DNA of 40,000 bases, taken from NCBI RefSeq assembly GCF_037179585.1, contig NZ_JAPYKO010000004.1, positions 213,758 to 253,757 of the forward strand. Reading direction: 5' to 3'. This document shows positions 24,405-33,081 of this stretch, in pieces. Below the pieces are notes generated by a model. It made no database searches. It saw nothing but the letters and a program-made list of their open reading frames with translations, and was not told the DNA's origin. The position numbers were made by a program, and so were the translations under genes. The first letter of the stretch is position 1; every line of letters begins with the position of its first letter. Origin of the DNA: Mesorhizobium argentiipisi (lineage in GTDB: Bacteria > Pseudomonadota > Alphaproteobacteria > Rhizobiales > Rhizobiaceae).

Positions 24405-27272
24405 TCAATCCGCGTCTTCACCGGGCTCGCGCTCGCCGAGCAAGGCGTTAAGCGGGACCGTTACAAACGGCGTATTGATCCCGCTGGAAAAGTAGCGGTT
24501 CCCCTTGCCTGGGATCGCGCCAGGTATCGCCTTCAAGATGTCTCGATACTTGGTTGCCCCCCATTCCGTGTTTTTTAGGATCAACCGTTTGAAGCTTTCG
24601 TGCGACGTTGTGATGTCCGCGACCATGCCGTCCGGCCCACGCCATACGCGAATGCCGAGGCGGGCCAGGGCGGACACCGCAGACGCTTTTTTCTTGTTCG
24701 GTTCCTGGGTGCCGTAGCCGTCATTAGGCGGCATCATATCGGCGGCGAAAGCGGCCAGTTCCAAAAGCTCGCCAATGGTGCGTTCCCATTGTCCGCCCTC
24801 GGGCGTGTTGTGCCGGACAAGGTAGCCGGTGACATGCTGCAAAAACCGTTCGGAATCCTTTGTCGCGCCCTTCGCGGTGTGATCCGTCCAGTCGTTGGCA
24901 CGAAGCCACTTCAAGGCCTCTTCCACCGTTACCGGCTTGGTCGTGTTGAGAAGGTAGGCGCCGGCCAGCATCGGCCCGAGCTGGTCGCCGAGGCGTTGTG
25001 TCCCGAGGTGCTGAGTAGCCGCCACGGTGAACACGTCCACGTAAGCGCGTAGCGTCGGCAGATGGGCGATGGTGCGGGCTAGAAGGCGCTTCGAAAAGCT
25101 CGGCGAGAGCAGGCCCACGATATCGGACAGAAGCTTTTCATAGTGCTTTTTATTCATCGCCTTTTCTTCGTCCGTATCCCGTGACGGGTCCGCGAGCGAC
25201 AATTGCGTGATGCGGGTTTCGTCCGCGTACCCTTCAATCTGAGTGAAGATGGAGGCAAACACGAACATTGATCGCGCTCGGAAGCCCTTCGTTTTCTGGC
25301 CGGCGGTGCCCTTCAAAATCATGCCGTCACTTTCCGAGGCGGCGACGCGCGCCAGGTCCATAATCGCCCTGATGCGGTTTTGATTGTTTTGATCCTTCGG
25401 CTCGACTTCGTCAAAGATGATGGGCAAGGCATCCATGCCGAGGGCGCCGCGCACGCCGGCCTCGGTCGTATTGCCCACAACGCTTAAGCCGGTGACGCCG
25501 AGGCAGCGCTTGATTATTTGATCCATCACAGTCGACTTGCCCGAGCCCGCCGGGCCGTTCACCCAGATATGCGGGCGCCATTTCAGGAAGCCGCACACCG
25601 GGGCCACAACGCACCATCCCGCTAACAAGTAGCCGGACAGCGGGGAAACCCACCGAAGGCTTTTGCAAAGCTCTAGCAGGCGCCGGGCTTCGTTCGTTGA
25701 AACAGGCTCGTCAACCTCAACGGCTAGGGCCTCGCCTTCGTCATAGACGTACCGGCCCCGGTGGTCGTGGAATGATGTCTCTTGACCGTCCACGATTAGC
25801 CGGTCGCCGGCATGGTAGACGGCGGTTTCGCCTTCGAACCATGCGCCCCGGCCGCGCACCGAATTGTGCGGCACGAACTTGCGGCGGGCCATGCAAGCTT
25901 GCATGCAAGCGTTGATCGCCGCGTGCCAGTCGACGCCGCTCTTCGAACCGGGGAATTCCGATTCCCACCATTGGAGCTTGGCGAGTCGCATCATGTTGTT
26001 TGATGACATTTGCGAGGCGTTGAGGGCGATGACTTGCGCCACGTTGGAGGGCTGAAAGAACAGCGTCGTTTCATCCACGCCAAGGCACCGGAAATGAGGG
26101 GCGCCGAAGTCAGCTAGTGGGTGCTCGGCCTTCGCCACGCGCTCGCGCGGCGCCGGCTCGCCGAAGTCTTCGCTTGGTCCTTCACCGCCCCGGTAATAAT
26201 CGTCGGGGTCCGTGGGCAGCGGCGGGTTTTCGTCCGCCGCCGGTTTCGGGTTGAGCGCGGCGTCGATGACTTCGCGGACCGCGTCGAGGCCGCTTTTGCG
26301 GGCGAGGTCATCGAAGTCGGTAAGCTCGATTTCGGCGTCGTCAAACACGGGGAAGGCGACGACGCCGCCCACGGCTTCCGCCGCGTCCTTCGCTTTCGTG
26401 ACGCCTGGGTTGAACCGCCCGTCTGGCATCTTCACAAGCCGGTCGTTATCCGCCGCGAACAGAATGCGGGCCTTCGGATACTTCGCCCTTATCGCCTTTG
26501 AAGCCGGGCCGAGGTTGCCGGCGTCGAACGCCGTAATAGTGAGGTAGCCGGTAGCCTGATGAACGCGGGCGGCGGTGCTGTAGCCTTCGGCGATGGTGAT
26601 AACGAAGTCGGCGCCAGGATCTTCGGGCCGCTTGCCGATCGGATGATAATTCCCCTCTTTCGCAGTGCCCTTGAGAAACCGTTTCGTGCCGTCATCGCCG
26701 ATAAGCTGGACGCTCGCCAGTTCGGCGCCAGGCGTGTACAGCGGCACGACAAGGGAACCGGCGCGGGCGGTGCGCGGGTCTTCCTCGGGGTCTACCACGT
26801 ATTTGACGTTTTGCTTCAGGCGCCGAAGGCCAGGGAAGGGCGGCAGACCCTTTTTCGCGAGGTAGGGGTGTGAAGCCGGCGCCTTCTCTGTAGCGGCCAT
26901 GATGAGGCCGGCAGCGGCGGCAGCGGCGGCATTGAGCGCGGCCCGCTCTTCCTCGCGTTGCTTTTGCGTTTCCGCCATGCGCTTTTTCAGTTCGGCGCGT
27001 TCCGCCGCCGTCATGCTGGACGGGCGCTTTTCCGTCCATGTATCCTGAATTCCAGTTTGCAGGTCGCCGAAGGCGCCCGAGGCCGGGGTGTCGAGGTGCA
27101 GCACATACCAAACGTGTTGGTTCTTCGCCTTTTTCTTGCCCTGGGCGTTGGCGCGGTGCACCTTTCCATCGGCTATCGGGTGCGATGCCCCGCGCGAGTT
27201 GGCGGTGTCCATATGGACGCCCGCCGAGCGCATTGCGTCGAGGAATTCGAGGATTTTCTTTTCACTGTCCAC
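24405..27272 (-). CDS. bifunctional DNA primase/helicase (Toprim + P-loop; P4 alpha / DUF927-like)
   Basis: 955 aa with a GTG start overlapping the VRR-NUC stop. Toprim-like region ITIAEGYSTA...LFAADNDR. Walker A is VNGPAGSGKST and Walker B-like is PIIFDEVEP. Confidence 0.85.
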   Translation of the reverse strand: MDSEKKILEFLDAMRSAGVHMDTANSRGASHPIADGKVHRANAQGKKKAKNQHVWYVLHLDTPASGAFGDLQTGIQDTWTEKRPSSMTAAERAELKKRMAETQKQREEERAALNAAAAAAAGLIMAATEKAPASHPYLAKKGLPPFPGLRRLKQNVKYVVDPEEDPRTARAGSLVVPLYTPGAELASVQLIGDDGTKRFLKGTAKEGNYHPIGKRPEDPGADFVITIAEGYSTAARVHQATGYLTITAFDAGNLGPASKAIRAKYPKARILFAADNDRLVKMPDGRFNPGVTKAKDAAEAVGGVVAFPVFDDAEIELTDFDDLARKSGLDAVREVIDAALNPKPAADENPPLPTDPDDYYRGGEGPSEDFGEPAPRERVAKAEHPLADFGAPHFRCLGVDETTLFFQPSNVAQVIALNASQMSSNNMMRLAKLQWWESEFPGSKSGVDWHAAINACMQACMARRKFVPHNSVRGRGAWFEGETAVYHAGDRLIVDGQETSFHDHRGRYVYDEGEALAVEVDEPVSTNEARRLLELCKSLRWVSPLSGYLLAGWCVVAPVCGFLKWRPHIWVNGPAGSGKSTVMDQIIKRCLGVTGLSVVGNTTEAGVRGALGMDALPIIFDEVEPKDQNNQNRIRAIMDLARVAASESDGMILKGTAGQKTKGFRARSMFVFASIFTQIEGYADETRITQLSLADPSRDTDEEKAMNKKHYEKLLSDIVGLLSPSFSKRLLARTIAHLPTLRAYVDVFTVAATQHLGTQRLGDQLGPMLAGAYLLNTTKPVTVEEALKWLRANDWTDHTAKGATKDSERFLQHVTGYLVRHNTPEGGQWERTIGELLELAAFAADMMPPNDGYGTQEPNKKKASAVSALARLGIRVWRGPDGMVADITTSHESFKRLILKNTEWGATKYRDILKAIPGAIPGKGNRYFSSGINTPFVTVPLNALLGEREPGEDAD

Positions 27273-27681
27273 GGTATGCCTTGAGACTTTCTAGCGCGTC
27301 CGCTTCACTTCTGATGATCGTTCCGATGCCCCCGGCCGAGGCCACGAAACCGGCGAAATGGGCCTGTTCGGTCGTGGGTCGCCCCGTCCCGTCTTTCACT
27401 TCCCAAGACCCGAACACGGCGACCCGCTTGCCGATCATGTCCGGGGTTATATCGATGGTGAGGAGTCCGATGATGTCACCGGACCCGGTGCAAAGCCCTG
27501 CTTTGATGGGGTAGGCGTCGAGCACGACTCGCTCGCCACCTCGAGCACGGTAGACCTCGCCGGGCGACAATGAAAACGATTTGCCCGCCCATCCCTTTGC
27601 CGTTGTGTTTCTCCACACCGTAGCGCCGGCCTTGGAAAGCGCGATCAGGCAACGGTTCATAAGATTGGTGCCGGTGCTCAT
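27262..27681 (-). CDS. VRR-NUC domain nuclease
   Basis: ATG 27681 overlaps the upstream stop (ATGA). Motifs GSGDIIGL and FGSWEVKDGTGRPTTEQAHF give the D...E.K...Q signature. Confidence 0.7.
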   Translation of the reverse strand: MSTGTNLMNRCLIALSKAGATVWRNTTAKGWAGKSFSLSPGEVYRARGGERVVLDAYPIKAGLCTGSGDIIGLLTIDITPDMIGKRVAVFGSWEVKDGTGRPTTEQAHFAGFVASAGGIGTIIRSEADALESLKAYRGQ

Positions 27682-28517
27682 AGCAGCGCCGCCGTGGGCT
27701 TGAACGCCTCGCCCGGTTCCGCCGGCTTCCATTTGTCAAAGTCCGCCTCGACCTGGCCGTAGTTGACCGGGTGAGCGGCGCGAAGGTTGAGCGGCGAGCG
27801 GCCAGGAATGTAGCGCCCCCGTTCCTCGGCGTGGGCGAGCCACCGCATATCAAGCCACCGCTTGCGATCAATCTTGAGGTGCTTGAAATCGCCAGGCGTG
27901 ACGAAGCCCCGGCGCTCCAAAACTATGCAAATCTTGATCGCCTTAATCTTCCACTCGGAAAGCTGAGACGGCCCCGAGGCGCCGGCCGCGACGTCTGGCA
28001 CATAGTCCGGCACCTTGCACCGTTCCGCCGGGCAATGGTCCGCCCACTCTTCCCGCCAATCATATTTGCCAAGCGCCGGCAGTTCCGGGGTGAACACCGG
28101 CTTATCACTGTCACGGGAACGCCAAGAGGTAAGGCCCCATCGCTCCGCTTGCGCCCGCGCCTCTTCGTCCCGCGAGGCCTGGCTTTGCACCTCAACCACG
28201 GTGATGCCGAGGTATCGAGCAATCGCCTTCATTTCCACACCGGCAGCGCCGTAGGGCACCAAGGCGGCGCGGAAGTCCGGCGCCGCCCGCTCGCCATTGC
28301 CCCGGCCCGCGTACAGGCCTTCGGCGGCCTGCAACAGCACCTTGGCGTTGAGGGTCATTTTTGCCTCAACGCCGATTTGGGCGCCTTCGGTCTGGCGCAC
28401 CAAGAGGATGTCGAAACCGGCGGTTTCCGCGTAAGCGGTCCAGCCGTCCGGCAGGCCAGCAATGAAGGCGGCGCAAAGCGCGGCCTCATTCTCAAAAACG
28501 GACTTGACCTTAGCCAT
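27678..28517 (-). CDS. hypothetical protein with an N-terminal PD-(D/E)xK-like motif
   Basis: ATG 28517 (MAKVKSVFENEAALCAAF). GFDILLVRQTEGAQIGVEAKMTLN resembles a restriction-endonuclease-fold core. The C-terminal half is unassigned. Confidence 0.45.
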   Translation of the reverse strand: MAKVKSVFENEAALCAAFIAGLPDGWTAYAETAGFDILLVRQTEGAQIGVEAKMTLNAKVLLQAAEGLYAGRGNGERAAPDFRAALVPYGAAGVEMKAIARYLGITVVEVQSQASRDEEARAQAERWGLTSWRSRDSDKPVFTPELPALGKYDWREEWADHCPAERCKVPDYVPDVAAGASGPSQLSEWKIKAIKICIVLERRGFVTPGDFKHLKIDRKRWLDMRWLAHAEERGRYIPGRSPLNLRAAHPVNYGQVEADFDKWKPAEPGEAFKPTAALL

Positions 28518-28803
28518 TGGTGGCCGCCGGCTTCTGCCGCTCGCACACCTCGGCGTAATGCCGCAAGACCTCGCCGGCAGCGGCGGGGCCGTACCATTCG
28601 ACAAGCTTCACCGCCAGGGCGTCAAGAACACCGAAGGCGGCAGCGTCCGCCGGTAGGCCGTCCCGAACGTGAGCGGCGAGCACGGCGGCCATGGCAACCT
28701 GTCCGCCCTTGCGCACGGTGTTGTGCTTGATCGCGTCAAGCTGTGTCATCTGTCCGGATTTGATGTAGTCGGAATAAGAGCGGGGCATTGCTTCACCTTT
28801 CAT
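28510..28803 (-). CDS. hypothetical protein
   Basis: ATG 28803 overlaps the helicase stop (ATGA). An alternative ATG at 28788 follows AGGTGA. Confidence 0.45.
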   Translation of the reverse strand: MKGEAMPRSYSDYIKSGQMTQLDAIKHNTVRKGGQVAMAAVLAAHVRDGLPADAAAFGVLDALAVKLVEWYGPAAAGEVLRHYAEVCERQKPAATNG

Positions 28804-30278
28804 CGAACGTATCGGGTTTGGGATTTCGCCATGCGGGCGGCGTGAACGTGCTTCGCCCACCCGTGGGGGTTCTTCATGCCGCGCATCTTCCCGAGCGCGA
28901 CGAGGTCTTCGAATGACTTTGCTTGGCTTTGCTCGCGCCTGGCCTCAACCCGCTTGGCGCGGTCGACTTCCGCCAGTTCGCCGGCCAGTTCCTGCACGGT
29001 GCGGCCCATCGTGGGGTAAACATGATCGCATTGCGGACAGGTCGGCGCCGGCTGATGGACGCGGAAACAATTCGGGCACTGGCGGGTCGTTACGGCAGGC
29101 TCGTCGTCGTCATCGTCTTTCGAGCGTTTCTTTTTCTTGTGGCCCTCAAGCGTCCACTCGCGGTCGTCATCCGGCAGGCCGTGGCCGCGCCCGCCCTGAT
29201 CCTTCGGAATGCTGTTGCCGGCGTGGTCGAGGATAAGCGCGAAAGGCTTCGGACCCGCTGCAATCGCCATGAGGCGGCCGGCCTGGGTTTCGAGGTCAAA
29301 GCCCGGCGCGTAGACGGGGCGAAGCACACGGCCGACTTGCTGTAGGAACAGCGCCAGCGAGTGGGTCGGCCTCAAGAAAATGGCGACCTCAATCGCCGGC
29401 AAATCGAAGCCCTCTGACACAAGGTCGACCGAGGAAAGCACCTGAATTTCGCCGCGCTCGTAAGCCTTGAGAAGCGCGTCGCGGTTCGGGGAATCGCCGT
29501 CAATGTGGGCGGCCCGATAGCCTGCAGCTTGGAACTGCTCGACAACGCTCAAGCTGTGTTTGATCGAGACGCAAAACACCATTGCCTTGCGGCCATGGGC
29601 GAGGCGCCGGTAATGCTCGACCGCGTTGCCAGTGATGGCGGTCGCGCCCATGCGCTTCTCAAGCTCGGCTTTGTTGAAGTCCGTGCCGGACCGCTTGACC
29701 CCGCCGAGATCCGGCGAGGAAGGCGCGTACATGCGATAGGTGGACAGGTAGCCTTGTTCCATCAGCCAGGCCACGCTTGGGCCTGTCACCATCCGCCCGA
29801 ACCATTTCCCTAGCCCGGTGCCGTCAAGGCGTTCCGGCGTGGCGGACAGCCCGACTATCTTCGCCTTTTTGGCGGCGTATTCTTCGATGATGTCGGCCCA
29901 CGTCTTCGCCCCGGCGTGGTGCGCTTCGTCCGGCACATAGAGGTCGGGGGCGCCGTATTGATCCATGCGCTTGCCGAGCGTCCCGATGCTGGCGATTTGC
30001 ACGGGCTGGCGCCGGTCGCCGGTCATGCCGGAAGCGATGATCCCGTAAGGAATGCCGACCTTGTCGAAGGTGAGCGCGGTTTGCTTGATAAGCTCGCGCC
30101 GGTGGACGCCGAACACGACCCGCTTGCCTCGCGCCGCCGCCGACTTCGCCATGTAAGCGGCGAGCCCGGTTTTGCCGCCGCCGGTCGCCATCTGGACAAG
30201 CACGGCATTGACTTCGCGAAGCGCGTCCCGCGCCTCAACGATTAGCTCTTGCTGGTAGGGGCGAAGAACGAAGGCCAT
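28800..30278 (-). CDS. SF2 DEAD/DEAH-box DNA helicase with a C-terminal zinc ribbon
   Basis: Motif I is MATGGGKTG and motif II is VPDEAHHAG. Motif III is LSATP and motif VI is FLQQVGRVLR. The zinc ribbon is CPNCFRVHQPAPTCPQC. Confidence 0.85.
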   Translation of the reverse strand: MAFVLRPYQQELIVEARDALREVNAVLVQMATGGGKTGLAAYMAKSAAARGKRVVFGVHRRELIKQTALTFDKVGIPYGIIASGMTGDRRQPVQIASIGTLGKRMDQYGAPDLYVPDEAHHAGAKTWADIIEEYAAKKAKIVGLSATPERLDGTGLGKWFGRMVTGPSVAWLMEQGYLSTYRMYAPSSPDLGGVKRSGTDFNKAELEKRMGATAITGNAVEHYRRLAHGRKAMVFCVSIKHSLSVVEQFQAAGYRAAHIDGDSPNRDALLKAYERGEIQVLSSVDLVSEGFDLPAIEVAIFLRPTHSLALFLQQVGRVLRPVYAPGFDLETQAGRLMAIAAGPKPFALILDHAGNSIPKDQGGRGHGLPDDDREWTLEGHKKKKRSKDDDDDEPAVTTRQCPNCFRVHQPAPTCPQCDHVYPTMGRTVQELAGELAEVDRAKRVEARREQSQAKSFEDLVALGKMRGMKNPHGWAKHVHAARMAKSQTRYVR

Positions 30279-30279
30279 C

Positions 30280-30771
30280 TTACGCCGCCACCGCCTCGCG
30301 CTCGTCGGTAGCGATAGCGTCGCGGACCGCGCGGCGCTCGGAAGGGGTGCCCCGGCCAGTCGTCAAAGCGTCATTGAAACGGCAGTACGGCGCCCGGCTG
30401 TCGAGATTCCGCGGTGCCCCGCAAAACAGCGAAGTTTCGCGGTCGTAGTGTTCATGATGGCCCCAAAGCGGGAACTCGCACCCGCATGAGGTCAGGCGGC
30501 CACGGGGCACGCCGTCAAAGCCTGGCGCCTTCTCGGGGAATCTTGCTTTGAAAGCCTTCGGCGCCGGCCCCTCGACATGAGTCTTCGGCGCCATCGTCTT
30601 GTGAAAGCGGTTCGAACCGTGTCCACGCGGCCGGAACTTCTCGGGGTTGCGGCGAGCCAGGCCGTAAAGCTCTTCCGGGCTTGACCCGCAAAGCTCGGCG
30701 ATCTCGGCGCCGTTCATTCCTGTGGCCCAAAGGCGCGCGGCCTCGGCCTTGTTTTCGGCTGTCCATTTCAT
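30280..30771 (-). CDS. GcrA-like cell-cycle regulator homologue
   Basis: RBS GGAGAA. The N-terminus MKWTAENKAEAARLWATGMNGAEIAELCG and the C-terminus CGCEFPLWGH...SLFCGAPRNLDSRAPYC parallel the two conserved GcrA regions. Confidence 0.65.
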   Translation of the reverse strand: MKWTAENKAEAARLWATGMNGAEIAELCGSSPEELYGLARRNPEKFRPRGHGSNRFHKTMAPKTHVEGPAPKAFKARFPEKAPGFDGVPRGRLTSCGCEFPLWGHHEHYDRETSLFCGAPRNLDSRAPYCRFNDALTTGRGTPSERRAVRDAIATDEREAVAA

Positions 30772-30788
30772 GCGTCAATTCTCCGAAT

Positions 30789-30807
30789 CGTTTGCATTTT
30801 GCAAACG
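30789..30807. promoter_or_regulatory. perfect 19-bp palindrome CGTTTGCA-TTT-TGCAAACG between the methylase and the gcrA-like gene
   Basis: Read directly. GAATC (30785..30789) abuts it. It lies 18-36 nt upstream of ATG 30771. Confidence 0.55.
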
Positions 30808-30811
30808 CTTG

Positions 30812-32461
30812 TTACGCGGCAACGGCCTTCCGGGCGTTGATTTGCGAGACGTGGGCGACGGTGTCATCGCCGAAGAGCGGTAGGCCCTCGGCGGGCTCTA
30901 TCTCTGTCCGCGCACGTTTCTTCGTTTCCGGGCCGGCGAGCATAAGCGACATGCGCTTCGCAATATCGGCTTGGTATTCTTCCTCCCGCTCTATCAGGAT
31001 GGCGTTGCACCCTTCCCAAAAGGCGGCCTCGCCAGTGGTGCCGGTGCCAGCGAACGGGTCGAGCACGGTTCCGCCCTTGTGGCAGATGAGACGGACAAGC
31101 CAGCGCATCAGGTCCACCGGCTTAACCGTGGGGTGTTTTGAGCCGAGGCGGTCGTCGCCGTCCGCCTTCGCCGAATAGAAGAACCTGGACGCGCTGCCGG
31201 CGTCGAGCCGAGGCGGGAAGGGGTCACGCGCGCCAATCGGGTTATAGACGTTGTTCCGCTTCCGCTCGCCATGCTCGGGGCCTACGGCGCCCTTCTGGCC
31301 CGACGCATCGGGGAACGCGGCCACAACTTCCGCGCTGCCATCGTGCAGGATATTGGCCGGGTAGCGGCCGTCGACCGGGCGGGCCTCGCCCTCTTTCCCG
31401 AGGCCGGAATTCGACTCGTTCCATGTGTTGCCGCCGCCGGCCTTGCCGCCCCATCCCGTGGGCTTCTCGGCGTCAATGCGGCAAGCGTCCACGTTGATGC
31501 CGCCGGTTCCGTGGGCCAGGGTGTTTTCCGCTACGGTGCCAATCATCGGCTTGCGGGCCAGGCATATCGGTTCCCATGCCGGTTTAAGCGCGGTGCCCCA
31601 TCCATCCCATTCGGCGGCCTCGGGCGTCCCGTGCGAATAGATATCGCGCTCATAGGCGGGACGCTCTTCGCCCTTCCCGGCGCTGAGAAGCGCGCTGTTG
31701 CGCATATCGTTGACAAGGGTTTCAGTGCCAAGGAAATGGCCGAGGAAACCGCCCTTGCGGCGGAACGCCTTGTCGATCCGGCCGCGCAAGCCTTTGGACA
31801 CCTTGCGCTTGTCCCGGCTCTTCGCCCATTTGATAAGCCGGTCGTACCTGGCGCGCACCTCGGCCCGTTCGTCCAGCCATTGCCGGAACAGATGGTCGTC
31901 AATGCCCTTTGAAACGCTATGGTTCTTCGGGAAGCCGGTTCCGTAGCACCATGCCAGCATCCCGCCGAATTGGCTGTCTTCGATGCAGCGGAAGAACGCT
32001 TCAACCTGGGCCGACGAAAGGGTTTCGAGGAACCGCACAACGGGGGTGTCACTGGCGAGCATGTTGAGAATGTTGTCGCGGACTTCGAAGCCGGCGCGAG
32101 CGATGGCGGACGCCATGTCGTGATAAGTCCGGGTGCCCGAGAAGGCCACCAAGTAGCCGCCAGGTTTCAGCACGCGAAGCACCTTTGCCCATAGGTCCGA
32201 ACGGAAGGCGATATCGCCGCCGTCCCATGTCTTGCCCATGAAGCCAGCGCTAGACCTGGCAAACACGCCCGCGCTGCCTTCCTTCGGCTCGGACGGCGCC
32301 GCGTCTTCGGCGCCGAAGCGGGCCACAATCGAGGTGAGGTGGTAGGGCGGGTCGCAGCATACCGCGTCGACCGAGCCCTCGGGGATATCGTCAAGGCGGG
32401 CGAAGCAATCGCCGCCGAGTAGGACGACCCGGCCGTCCAGAAATTCCGTTCGGTTCTTCAT
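30812..32461 (-). CDS. beta-class N6-adenine (or N4-cytosine) DNA methyltransferase, CcrM/M.HinfI-like motif order, with a large central insertion
   Basis: ATG 32461 (MKNRTEFLDGRVV). DPPY is near the N-terminus (AVCCDPPYHL). HPTVKPVDLMRWLVRL and LDPFAGTGTTGEAA are near the C-terminus. Confidence 0.85.
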   Translation of the reverse strand: MKNRTEFLDGRVVLLGGDCFARLDDIPEGSVDAVCCDPPYHLTSIVARFGAEDAAPSEPKEGSAGVFARSSAGFMGKTWDGGDIAFRSDLWAKVLRVLKPGGYLVAFSGTRTYHDMASAIARAGFEVRDNILNMLASDTPVVRFLETLSSAQVEAFFRCIEDSQFGGMLAWCYGTGFPKNHSVSKGIDDHLFRQWLDERAEVRARYDRLIKWAKSRDKRKVSKGLRGRIDKAFRRKGGFLGHFLGTETLVNDMRNSALLSAGKGEERPAYERDIYSHGTPEAAEWDGWGTALKPAWEPICLARKPMIGTVAENTLAHGTGGINVDACRIDAEKPTGWGGKAGGGNTWNESNSGLGKEGEARPVDGRYPANILHDGSAEVVAAFPDASGQKGAVGPEHGERKRNNVYNPIGARDPFPPRLDAGSASRFFYSAKADGDDRLGSKHPTVKPVDLMRWLVRLICHKGGTVLDPFAGTGTTGEAAFWEGCNAILIEREEEYQADIAKRMSLMLAGPETKKRARTEIEPAEGLPLFGDDTVAHVSQINARKAVAA

Positions 32462-32462
32462 G

Positions 32463-32681
32463 CTAAAACAAGTCCCCTTGTTGCGGTTCGGGTGCCGGGG
32501 GCTTCGGCGCCGGGGGGTCCACCGGCTCGGCCTTGCGCACCGTTTGCATTTCGTCAACGCGATGCGCGTAGCATCGCCAATTCCCGAGGCGGCCAGCCAA
32601 AAGTTTGACGTTGTAACCGAAGCTCGCGGCGCCGCCGCACACTTCACAAACAAAATCCCCAGGGCCGGCGACTCGTGTCAC
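32463..32681 (-). CDS. small hypothetical protein (possible zinc ribbon), start uncertain
   Basis: GTG 32681 gives VTRVAGPGDFVCEVCGG...WRCYAHRVDEMQTV. There is no RBS. The upstream 60 nt of the track ORF contains a promoter-like motif. Confidence 0.35.
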   Translation of the reverse strand: MTRVAGPGDFVCEVCGGAASFGYNVKLLAGRLGNWRCYAHRVDEMQTVRKAEPVDPPAPKPPAPEPQQGDLF

Positions 32682-32768
32682 GATTGATATAATCCGATAA
32701 TCGTTGACAAAATGCAAACCATGTTCCCCGCCGGAACGCAAGGCCCCAAAATGGCCCCATTAAAAAGA

Positions 32769-33002
32769 TCAACTCGGAAGCAATTTCGCTAGGTCCACCG
32801 TGAGCCCCCTTTTTACCGCGATCTTAAGCAGTTTTGGCACATATGCGGCCGGAACAGTGCCCGCCATCCCCGGCGGCCGGCGCTTCGCGTTATCCCATCC
32901 GGCGATTGTGGAAGGGCTTAGGCTGAGTAACCGGGCGAGGTCCGCGCGTTTTCCGTTTGCAAACAAAAGAGTGACATATTGCAAAGGCGTGTTAACTTTC
33001 AT
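32769..33002 (-). CDS. Cro/YdaS-like HTH regulator
   Basis: 77 aa, divergent from the cI-like gene. GKRADLARLLSLSPSTIAGW is an HTH pattern as in the YdaS/Cro family. Confidence 0.55.
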   Translation of the reverse strand: MKVNTPLQYVTLLFANGKRADLARLLSLSPSTIAGWDNAKRRPPGMAGTVPAAYVPKLLKIAVKRGLTVDLAKLLPS

Positions 33003-33012
33003 TGCTGATACC

Positions 33013-33029
33013 GTTTGCTATTTGTTAAC
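33013..33029. promoter_or_regulatory. operator candidate GTTTGC-TATTT-GTTAAC flanked by direct repeats GCTGATAC (33004..33011, 33033..33040)
   Basis: Read directly in the 79-bp divergent cro/cI intergenic region. Confidence 0.5.
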
Positions 33030-33081
33030 AAGGCTGATACGGACTTGATTCGTTAAGTGCATGAGGGGAGTGTTGAGCGTA

